Below are positions 13,913 through 24,353 of a DNA stretch of 64,000 nucleotides, in pieces (positions within the stretch are counted from its first letter, which is position 1; each line of letters starts with the position of its first letter). Under the pieces are notes generated by a model, which was not told where the DNA came from, did no database searches, and saw only the letters and a program-made list of their open reading frames with translations. Position numbers and translations under genes: made by a program. Origin of the DNA: Chrysomallon squamiferum (taxonomy: Eukaryota; Animalia; Mollusca); NCBI GenBank assembly GCA_012295275.1, contig CM022674.1:14570001-14634000 (forward strand), written 5' to 3'.

Positions 13913-16900
13913 ATATGTGTGGGTATGTCTGCTGTCAGTTAATTCACTGGATGGTTATTACAGTAGGAGTTTTAGATATATTTTTTAAAATGTAATAAAA
14001 GAAAAAAGGTTGTTTTGCTATAATCATTCACTTGGAGTTTAACATTGTGTTTATTTTCAGGTTATAGGAGAAGTGGAGGAGGTGGTGAAGACAGGACTGT
14101 GGGTTGGTGACTGCTTCATCTACACCAACAGCGTCAACAGACTGAACTACTACGTTGGTGGAGAAATAGTCACTGTAGCTCATTTAGACAGGTCAGAGTT
14201 CAAACACTACTTTAAAAAAAACAATTTTAACATCAGCAGCAGAAGAAAGCTATTTAAACATCACTTCTGCCTTTTTTCTTTTAAATGATAAAGCACGTAA
14301 TATGCTTATTTAATTGATTACTTAACACTAAGTGATTTCTTTTTACCCAGTCTAACCGTTATGTAATTTTAACAGTTTTATATTTACTAATTATTTAATA
14401 CAAACTGTGTTAGCTTCTTTTCTCCCAATCTAACTGTGTTTTTTTTCACAGAGTAATGTATTTACTTGGCTACATTCCTAAAGACAACCGTCTGTACCTG
14501 GGAGATAAAGAGTTAAACGTGGTGAGTTACTCACTGCTCGTGTCGGTACTCGAGTACCAAACAGCCGTCATGAGGCGAGACTTCGAGACTGCAGACAAAG
14601 TTTTACCCACAATTCCTAAAGACCAGAGAACAAGAGTGGCTCACTTCCTGGAAAAACAGGTCTGTTTGAATATTTTTAAATGTTTACAAAGATTTTAAAA
14701 TTTTGTGTCATTTGTTTTAACTGTATTGTTGTGACAGTTGTATTTTTATTACGAGTAAAAAAGAAAGAAAAATCTATTTTGTTAGTCTCTTGTTCATAAC
14801 TGATCTTTTGTTTATATATGGGTTTTTTATTTATTTCTAACTTTATTTATATATTTATTATTTCTTTCTTTTTTTTTAAATTTTATTTTATTATTTTTCT
14901 TTTTTTTTTAAATTATTTTTCCACTGAAATCTTGATGACAAATATTTCCTTTGATTTTCAAAAGAAGCTAATTTTTAAATCTGTTTTTGTTTTCAGGGTT
15001 TCAAGTCTCAGGCTATGGCTGTCACCTGTGACTCAGAACACAAGTTTGAACTGGCAGTGAACCTTGGAGATCTGAAAATAGCTTACCAACTTGCTAAAGA
15101 AATAGAGGTACTGTTTTAGAGAGAGAGAGAGATATAGAAAAGTATTGAAAATAGAAAATGGTTATTATTAGAGGTAGTATTTAAATGTGAGTTTGTTGTG
15201 TGTTTATTTCTTGATGTTGTATTATTTTTAGGATATTTGTGTATTTGTTTGTCGATAAGATAAATGTTGTAAATATTTAATGTAAACAAATGATATAAAT
15301 ATTTAGGTTTTAAATGAATAAATGTTGTAAATGTTTAGTTTTAAAATTTTTAATGATTTGTTTGCAGTCAGAACAGAAGTGGAAGCAGCTGGCGGAACTG
15401 GCGATAAAGAAGTGTGAGTTTGGTTTGGCTCAGGAATGTTTGCAGCAGGCACAGGACTTTGGAGGTTTGCTGCTGCTGGCTGGCTCTGCAGGCAACGCGG
15501 TCATGGTTCACCACCTCGCAGAAACAGCGGAGAAAGCCGGACAGAACAACGTCGCCTTTCTGTCTTACTTCACACTGGGCAGGCATGTGATCACTTCTAT
15601 AGACTGTTTTCAATTGTTTGTTTATTTATTTCTTTTTTTAACTTATATTTTACTGTCTTATTTCGTATTTGGTGTATACATTGTATTTCATCATTTTTTT
15701 GTTTTTATTTAAATTTGTAGTTTTACATTGTAGTGTTTCATAATTTTTTAAAATTTGATTTAATTTGATTTAATTTGATTTTAAATATGTTTTAGTGTCA
15801 TGATTTTTTATTGACTAAAATTTAAATATGTCATTTAGTGTTTTCAGTGCTCAGAGTTTCAGTAATTTGTTTCATGTAATTTGATTTAAATATTTCATTT
15901 AGTGTCATGATTCAGTGCTCTGTCGTTTCAGTAATTTGATTTAAATATGTCATTTAGTGTCATGATTCAGTGCTCTGTCGTTTCAGTAATTTGATTTAAA
16001 TATGTCATTTAGTGTCATGATTCAGTGCTCAGTCGTTTCAGTAATTTGATTTAAATATGTCATGATTCAGTCCTCTGTTAAAACTCAGATAATTATATTT
16101 TACAGTCTCTTGTTTTTTAAAATCTAACTCAGTTTTTGATTTGAAATTTAAACTGATTCTCATATTAAAACAGTAGTAATTTGAATAGTATAAATGCATG
16201 TTTTGTTTTTACATGAGATTTTTTATGTAAACAGGTTGGAGGAGTGTCTGGAGGTGTTGATAAACACAGGTAGATTACCTGAGGCAGCTTTCTTTGCTAG
16301 AACTTACTTACCTAGTCACATCTCCAGGTAACTAGTCTTTGAAGTACTCACAGGTGACATTATGTTGTCAGAATAGTTAATGTTACTCTTACTAGTCTTA
16401 TTATTAGTAATATTATTTTTATTTTTATTTTTATTATTGTTGTTGTTGTTGCTGCAGTTGTTATCATTATTATCATCCTTCTTCATCATCTTCAGCATTT
16501 TATTCATATGACATTGTTAATGAAAGTTGAAAAAACAAAATGACATGAATTACTTTCCAGATCTAAAACATTAATTCTGTGAGCACTGCATGCCATTTAT
16601 CAGATAACACATTGCCAATGAATGACATTATTAAGCAACAAAAATATTCTGACAGAATGTAAAGATAATTTTAGTAATGTATTCAATAGAGAATGTCACA
16701 GAAAGTTTTAATTTTCATAAATGATCACAGAAAAGTCCTGAGAGCTGCCCATAATGACTATAGGACATGTTTAGTATAAATTGTTAGGTAATTTCTCACA
16801 TAGAAATGTTTATATTAACTTAGTACAGATACTGAAAACTAACTACAAGAATAATTTTCTCACAGAGTTGTTGCCCTTTGGCGACAGAATCTCGCCACTA

Positions 16901-19900
16901 TCAACAAGAAAGCTGCTGAGTCACTGGCTGACCCGACTGAGTACGAAAATCTCTTCCCAGGTCTGCGAGACGCGTTTAAAACTGAGCAGTTCTTACAGCC
17001 TCAGAGAAAACTACTTCCACCAGCTAACCTCTTCACTAAAATACCTGTAAGTTAAACTACTTCCTCCAGCTAACCTCTTCACTAAAATACCTGTAAGTTA
17101 AACTACTTCCTCCAGCTAACCTCTTCACTAAAATACCTGTGAGTTAAACTACTTCCACCAGCCAACCTCTTCACTAAAATACCTGTAAGTTAAACTACTT
17201 CCACCAGCCAACCTCTTCACTAAAATACCTGTGAGTTAAACTACTTCCTCCAGCTAACCTCTTCACTAAAATACCTGTGAGTCACACTTTTAAATCAGTG
17301 ATCTCTTCACTAAAATACCTGTGAGTTACACTTTTAAATCAGTGATCTCTTCACTAAAATACCTGTGAGTCACACTTTTAAATCAGTGATCTCTTCACTA
17401 GAATACCTGTGAGTTACACTTTTAAATCAGTGATCTCTTTTCTAAAATACCTGTGAGTTACACTTTTAAATCAGTGATCTCTTTACTAAAATACCTGTGA
17501 GTTACACTTTTAAATCAGTGATCTCTTCACTAAAATACCTGTGAGTTACACTTTTAAATCAGTGATCTCTTCACTAAAATACCTGTGAGTTACACTTTTA
17601 AATTGGTGATTATCTGTTTAACAAATAGCTGGATTTGTATAGCATATTGCAAGTATCAGTTTAAAGTATTCTGAACAAATAATTTATGTATGTTCATAAA
17701 GAATATTATTTTCCTCTGGCTCTTTTTTGGATTATGAATTATATGTAATATTGATATAAAAAACAAGAGAAACATTAAAAAATAATTTTTTTTATTATGG
17801 CAGGCTAACACTGAGAGGAATCCTGTTGAGGAGATGAAAAGTGCAGAGGAAGCTGGCAATTTTATCTATGCTGCACCAGTGAAGTCCGACAATGATGATG
17901 TTGATGATGAGGAGGAGTTTGATGATGCTGCAGAAAAGCCAGAGGTAACGACAGAAGAAGAACAAAGAAAAGAAGTGAGATGTAAAAACAGCTGTAGTGT
18001 TAGTTTATAGAAAAGTTTAAACTGATTCAGGTTTATAGAACAGACAGGATTATAGCAAAAAGAAATAAAAGACTTAAAGTGATTTGTAAAATTTTAAAAA
18101 AATATAGAAAAGGCAAAGTTGATTGTACTGTAGTTTGTTTGAAGTAATAGTCAAATTATTTTCTGTTGTATCCTTTTCCCAAACTGCCCACAGGTGAACC
18201 ACTGCAGCAAGTTTTTTTCCCTCTTTGATTTTAGTTTTATATTTCTACAAAACTTGTGTTCATTTAGAATAAATAGTAATAGGTATTTGTGAAAACGGTG
18301 AGTTGAGGTGTTAATTAAGACTTTACAGGAAAAAGGTTTAATTGTATGTGTCACAAAGTTATAAATGAAAGAGTGTTTCTGTGAAAGAGCAGATGTGCAT
18401 GGTTAATAATAATATTCAAGCACATAAAAACTGAATTACTATTAACATTTGATTGTAATATACAGTTTGAATGAATTTCTGATAATCTTATTTTTTAAAG
18501 TTAACAATGTTAAAAGCTTGTTAAATGTTAATAATTGAAATGTTTTATTTTTGATTACGTTAAACCAGTTCTTATCCAGCAATGTTTGTTCTACAACCTT
18601 GTTTTGTTTTGTTTTCTTTGTCTGTGAAGGAATCGTCATTACCAAAAGCCAGTTCTTTGCCCCCTCCGGCTCCCCCCACAGTAAAACCTGACACTAAGCC
18701 CGACCCTCCCTTCACAGCAGCCACGAGTGAAGCCACTGAGGCTGCGGCAGAGTCAGATCCAGCCACAAACAGCCGCACGATGGACGAGATAGAAAAAGAG
18801 CTGGAACTTGATTTAGAAAACATTAAAATAGACGATAACATTGACACAAGTGTAAGTATTATTAAACTAGCTAACACTGATACAAGTGTAAGTATTAAAC
18901 TAGATAACACTGACACAAGTGTAAGTATTAAACTAGATAACACTGACACAAGTGTAAGTATTAAACTAGATAACACTGACACAAGTGTAAGTATTAAACT
19001 AGATAACACTGATACAAGTGTAAGTATTATTAAACTAGATAACACTGACACAAGTGTAAGTATTAAACTAGATAACACTGATACAAGTGTAAGTATTAAA
19101 CTAGATAACACTGACACAAGTGTAAGTATTAAACTAGATAACACTGATACAAGTGTAAGTATTAAACTAGATAACACTGAAACAAGTGTAAGTATTAAAC
19201 TAGATAACACTGAAACAAGTAAGTATTGAACTAGATAACACTGAAACAAGTGTGAGTGTTGAACTAGATAACACTGACAAGTATAAGTATTAAACTAGAT
19301 AACACTGATACAAGTGTAAGTATTAAACTAGATAACACTGATACAAGTGTAAGTATTAAACTAGCTAACACTGATACAAGTAAGTATTGAACTAGCTAAC
19401 ACTGATACAAGTAAGTATTGAACTAGATAACACTGAAACAAGTGTGAGTGTTGAACTAGATAACACTGATACAAGTGTAAGTATTAAACTAGATAACACT
19501 GATACAAGTGTAAGTATTAAACTAGATAACACTGACACAGGTGTGAGTATTAAACTAGATAACACTGACACAAGTAAGTATTAAGCTAGATAACACTGAC
19601 ACAAGTGTAAGTATTAAACTAGATAACACTGATACAAGTAAGTATTGAACTAGCTAACACTGATACAAGTAAGTATTAAACTAGATAACACTAGTGTTGA
19701 ACTAGATAACACTGATACAAGTGTAAGTATTAAACTAGATAACACTGATACAAGTGTAAGTATTAAACTAGATAACACTGACACAGGTGTGAGTATTAAA
19801 CTAGATAACACTGACACAAGTAAAACTAGATAACACTGACACAAGTGTAAGTATTAAACTAGATAACACTGACAAGTGTAAGTATTAAACTAGATAACAC

Positions 19901-20485
19901 TGAAACAAGTGTAAGTATTAAACTAGATAACACTGATACAAGTGTAAGTATTAAACTAGATAACACTGATACAAGTGTGAGTATTAAACTAGATAACACT
20001 GATACAAGTGTGAGTATTAAACTAGATAACACTGATACAAGTGTGAGTATTAAACTAGATAACACTGATTTATTTTGCTGTGATCTACACATTGGTTCAG
20101 GAATCACTGGTTGATAAGTAAATCATTTAGTGTGTACACTGGCTTTAGGGAATGGCTGACATTTGCTTATGTTCTTTATTAGAAAACTTCTTTTTTTTAA
20201 TTATGTTTTGAATTGTTTGTTTTAATTACATTTCAGTTGCATTCTTTGAATTGTGTAATTTTAAAATTTTAAGTTTTGAAATTCTATTTTAATAGCCTTT
20301 TGAAATTACCTTTTAGTATTTGTGTTAACTGTTTGTTCAGTGTTTCACTTCTTGAAAATAACATTTCAACATTTGAAAATGGTTAAACATTTTTGTAAGT
20401 TATAACTTTATTATTGTTTGTTATCAATGTTAATAAATTTTTGTTTTAGGATATAAATCTGGATGAAGGTCTGTTGGAAGATTAG
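5519..20485 (+). CDS. COPB2: Coatomer subunit beta' (COPI), 21 coding exons, ~960 aa
   Basis: Exons: 5519-5521 (ATG only), 6260-6397, 6630-6716, 7297-7423, 8844-8992, 9568-9714, 10122-10221, 10479-10621, 10849-11048, 12682-12881, 13022-13128, 13602-13745, 14061-14191, 14452-14659, 14997-15107, 15368-15582, 16235-16327, 16866-17046, 17804-17944, 18630-18851, 20450-20485. Phases are consistent and total 2883 nt. N-terminus [21 protein letters not shown]40 repeats, C-terminus [11 protein letters not shown]. Confidence 0.97.
7394..7954 (+). repeat. 52-bp tandem array (~11 copies) containing the COPB2 exon-4 3' end and donor site
   Basis: Unit CAACACAGCCATACATACTCACCAGTAGTG|GTAAATRCACATTTAATTTATA; the first copy is the real exon end. 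Confidence 0.95.
8271..8853 (+). repeat. Acceptor-containing repeat (TTTTCAG|ATGACAKGCT) embedded in TA/TG microsatellite before COPB2 exon 5
   Basis: Copies at ~8290 (degenerate), 8380, 8465 and 8685; the real acceptor is at 8843. Confidence 0.85.
9080..9189 (+). mobile_element. 3' fragment of a CR1/L2-like LINE ORF2
   Basis: Translates as ...[27 protein letters not shown], preceded by an AFSYA-like segment. This is the typical C-terminal signature of CR1/L2-group reverse transcriptases. Confidence 0.65.
11400..12693 (+). repeat. ~40-bp tandem array (~30 copies) containing the COPB2 exon-10 acceptor
   Basis: Unit GTGTTTAGTAAATTACGTGTGTTGTTTTCTAG|GTTTGTTGTT. The last copy is the real acceptor (12681); copies degenerate away from the exon. 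Confidence 0.93.
13135..13525 (+). repeat. ~56-bp tandem array (~7 copies) abutting the COPB2 exon-11 donor
   Basis: Unit TGAAACAAGTTAGACACAAGTCTCAACATTAGTAGTGTAATGTTATAATTACACTA, starting ~6 nt after the donor. Confidence 0.9.
13843..13908. repeat. (CT)n microsatellite
   Basis: Seen directly. Confidence 0.95.
15583..16234 (+). other. GC-AG intron in COPB2
   Basis: The exon ends ...CTG GGC AG|GCATGT and the next exon begins G TTG GAG GAG (phase 2). The nearby GT at 15587 gives the wrong phase. Confidence 0.8.
15870..16075 (+). repeat. ~50-bp intronic tandem repeat (~4 copies)
   Basis: Unit TCAGTAATTTGATTTAAATATGTCATTTAGTGTCATGATTCAGTGCTCTGTCGTT. Confidence 0.8.
17008..17610 (+). repeat. 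Two nested donor-containing arrays (46 bp x ~6, then 44 bp x ~8) at the COPB2 exon-18 3' end
   Basis: Both units share CTCTTCACTAAAATACCT|GTRAGT. Confidence 0.93.
18834..20069 (+). repeat. 33-bp donor-containing array (~38 copies) at the COPB2 exon-20 3' end
   Basis: Unit AAACTAGATAACACTGACACAAGT|GTAAGTATT; reads [11 protein letters not shown] in the COPB2 frame until the stop at 19229. Confidence 0.95.
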
Positions 20486-20845
20486 TTGTTGTTTTAAAGT
20501 AAAAACAAACTTGTTAATATAAACTTTGTCAAGACAATAACAGCTGAAATAAAAGGATTTTTCTGAATGCTTAGAATTTCAGAAGGAGAAAGAAGAAAAA
20601 TGTGGATGATAAATCAGAATATTTTCATCATGTTTTACATACATAGTTGTTTTAATGTCAGCACACTTTGTAAATAGAAATTATTAAAGATTTGTAAATT
20701 CGTGGGTTTGTGTCATGAGTATTTGGCACTTGCAAGTTAACTAAGAATTTATTACTGAATAAATATTAACTGATAGTTACGTTTTTTGTTAAATATTGTA
20801 GGATTAACACGTCAAAAACAGTACACAACCGATACCAGAAATTAA

Positions 20846-20973
20846 CCCTTTTAGTGTCTTTACACAGAAAATAGTGTAAACTGCTGTATGGACACTGTTA
20901 CACAGTAAGGGAAATTTTGAAATTAAAAATTTATTGCTGACAAAACTGGGACCAAAACCTGTGATTAAAAGGG
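20846..20973. mobile_element. piggyBac-like MITE (128 bp)
   Basis: TTAA|CCCTTTTAGT ... ATTAAAAGGG|TTAA: TTAA target duplications and 9/10-bp terminal inverted repeats with CCC/GGG ends. Confidence 0.6.
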
Positions 20974-21213
20974 TTAAAGTCAACATTTGTTTTGTTTTCT
21001 ATTCTAAAATGGGTTGCTTTGTCTTATTCAGTAACAGACATTTCTTTTGTGAATATCTGCAACTGATTAAGAAATAAGATTTATTAATATAAAAATTTTA
21101 AATTTGTTTAAATTATTTCAGTATTTTTTTTTTTTTTTTTTTGTTCCTGCTAACTGTTTATTAATGAATCGGAGAGTAAAACAAAATTAGTCAAAATGTA
21201 ACTAATTAATTTA

Positions 21214-21702
21214 CAGTGGTACCTGTCTTGTAGAGACACCTGTGTGGCCAAGCAAAAACTACCTAGACTACAGGTGTTCTCTCAAAACTATAGACAAAGT
21301 ACCCAGAACAAATGGCAAGGAATCACAGCTTTCTCCTAAAACACAGCTGCAAACATTTCATTGATGGATGTAAATAAAACATGTTGCTTGTCACAAAACT
21401 CACACTAAGCGTAAGATATGTTTGTTTTACAATCCAAATAGAGCTCTGATTTGTACCATCTTTTCAACTCAAAAGTCTGCTAAATAGGTGTGTTTATAAA
21501 ACAAAAATATGCATGGACAAAATTGTGAATGATTGTCAAAATTATGTGCCAAATGGTTTGAACTCACATGGGTAATGTCATCTTTAAAAATATAAAGCTA
21601 TTTATTTTTGGAGAAAACAAGTCGGTTTTACTGTCTGGAATAATTTTTACAAATGCTGTTCACATACATTATCGTGAGGGCCACTAAAGACAGGTAGTAC
21701 TG
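21214..21702. mobile_element. Tc1/mariner-superfamily-like non-autonomous element (~490 bp)
   Basis: Left end TA|CAGTGGTACCTGTCTT; right end AAGACAGGTAGTACTG (14/16 inverted match). No transposase ORF. Confidence 0.55.
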
Positions 21703-22210
21703 TGTATGTGACTGATAGTTTATTCTGTGAAGATTTGCCAGTGACAGTCTGGTAATTAGTTACTGTTTGTCCAAAATGTTATTCTATAAACTACAGTTGT
21801 GATAATTGTTTAACCTGATTCGTTGAAGGATTAATACAGTGAATTAATTCTTTGTTCACAGTGATCTGAAAGCTGATGACACTGATTTAATGTTGCAGGG
21901 AACAAAAGCAGATAAAGGATGAGAATGGTTATCAGAGAAATTTAAATCCAGTTTAAAGAAGGATTTAGTAAAGCTTACGACTGGCAAATCTCAGAGCTGT
22001 AACAAGCAGCATGAATTTTTACATATGCCAAGAATTATAGTCTAAAAAATTAAGTTACAAAATGAAAATTGGCATTTGTTGTTTGTATTGTATTTGCACT
22101 GGTTAACAAAACAATAGAATGCATTTCAAAAATGCTTGAAAATAATTTTGACAGCAAGAACAAAGAATGAGATATGTTGAAATAATCGACTATAGCATTT
22201 ATTATGATAA

Positions 22211-22241
<31 letters not shown>

Positions 22242-24353
22242 TTTTCTGGCTGAGGTGACTGTTGGAAATCCAGCAATTATCATCTGTAAATAAAAACAAA
22301 CAAAAATAAGACATTGAAAATGTGATGTAGAAATTTTTATTTTTCCTGTTGTACACTTAACATCTGAGTTACTAAGTCTGTGTGTACAAACGTCACACGG
22401 TCAGTTCTGGTTCACATCAGATGTCTGTAAAATGCCCACAACAAATTTACATTTTCTGTTAATGATAGATTTCATTTAACTTCATTGCTAATATACATTT
22501 TGGACTAGACTATGAAATATCACTAGCTACTGAAAAACTGGAATGTTTTTAAAAAAATCTGAATTGGTTGTTTTCATGGTTGCAAAACAAAATGAGCTGA
22601 AAGGTTTCAACAAAAATAAACATGAATTTAGTTACCATGAAGTTTGGCCAGACATTATTTAATGTCTGAAACCACTTGTTTGTACTTCAGTGACAGTCAA
22701 ATTACTAGTGTTATTTAAGGACTAAATATACTTCACAGATATTTTATTTATTTATTTATTTATTTTGTTCATTAACGATTAAATTTATTTATAAATCACT
22801 AGTACATACTCCTCTGTGTGTTTAATGTAGTAAAATGTAACAGATTAATTTTTTCTCTTTGAGATATACATTTAATCGGTTTTTTAAAATTATCACAGAA
22901 AACTGAAAAGCTTGGTAGTTAAAGAAAATAGGTGAAAAAAGAAACATATTCAAACAGGAGGTGATGGTATTGCTGTTGTTACTACTGTTAATATTAATTG
23001 CTGCTGCTGCTGCTGATACTACAACTACTACCATCACCATCACTAGTACTACAACAGCTGCTAATCAAAAAAACAAAATGAACTGGATAAGTAATTTCCA
23101 GTGTTAAGGATGGAAGCCCATTTAGAATAGAAAAATATTTACAAAATTACATCTTCATAGAAAAGACTAGCTCATCTTTGTTTTATTTTGTTCAAAATAT
23201 AATTTGCTGTCTCTGTGAAATACGGTAATCATTCAAAAATACAAAGGCACTACTTTCAGATATTTAAATAAACACTGAACATGAAAAGTGAAATGTAATT
23301 TACAATCAAAGTAGATAAATTCTAATTAGACATAAAGAAATCAAATGTGGTTAGAGTTGTACATGAAGAACTAGATGGAAGAGAAAAAGAAAATTTGTTT
23401 TTGTCTGACAATACAACCTCAGTTTGATCAACTATTTACAAAAATAAACAAACATTTACAGTTTTTGTTTCAATAAATTAACAGTGCTATGTACAGTGAT
23501 GTTTTGTAAAGCTCAGCGTTGCCATTCATATTGTTCTGACAGTGAACTCTAAACAAAATTTTGTGCTTTTAAATTTTTTAAAATTAGAACATCATTATTT
23601 AAATTTATTTCTGATTATATTCAGTATAGTATCCTGTATAGTTTCACATTAATTAATTTTAAAGTTAGTTTTTAACCCAGAATTAACTTCAAACAATATT
23701 TTTATTATCTAAAGTTTTTAACTGTCATAAGAGAAGATATTAATTTATTTCAGAACAAATTGAGGGATTTAATCTCTTAACAACTTTAAGTGAAAGCTCA
23801 AATTAATTTCAAATGTTTTTAATTTGAACTTTTCACATTTGTTAAGTGAACATCACAGTTAATTCATGCAAATGTTTAAATTTTAAGGGTTTATCGTTTG
23901 TAAGTAATTTATGAAATTTTTAATTTTTAACACATGAACCAGAATAAATTTATCAAAATATTTGCAAGTTTTACAAAAATATTTTCAAAATGTAAATAAA
24001 TGTAAATAAACTGAAAAAGATTTTAAAAAATAAAAGAAAAATGATGCCTGCTCTATTTAACTATTCACAAACAGTTCATGTATTTGAATACAAATCCAGT
24101 CTTCTTCCTATCACAGTTGTAAAGTAATAAACTTATCACAATGACTTGTAAAAAAAATCAATGCTTAACATAATAATTTTTTTAAGAAAAATAAATGTTA
24201 ATAACTTCTCAGTATAGTTCAAATAAAGATTTCAAAAATAAGTCTCAAAATTCAAAAAAAAATGTTAGTTATCACTGCAGTTGATAAACTTGTAAATGAG
24301 AAAATTTCTACACATAAAATGACTAAATCTGTTTAATGTCTTCAACTGTTCAG

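Noticed and set aside
18168-18210. GTATCCTTTT U12-donor-like motif and a possible small exon in COPB2 intron 19
   Set aside because: No exon ends at this motif and the candidate exon is phase-incompatible; probably chance.
18572-20107. Long repetitive ORFs in the track ([11 protein letters not shown]; likewise FKVIIYLMYVSVS, FCFSVFQDLYF, poly-N and poly-Y ORFs elsewhere)
   Set aside because: They are translations of minisatellites and microsatellites, not independent genes.
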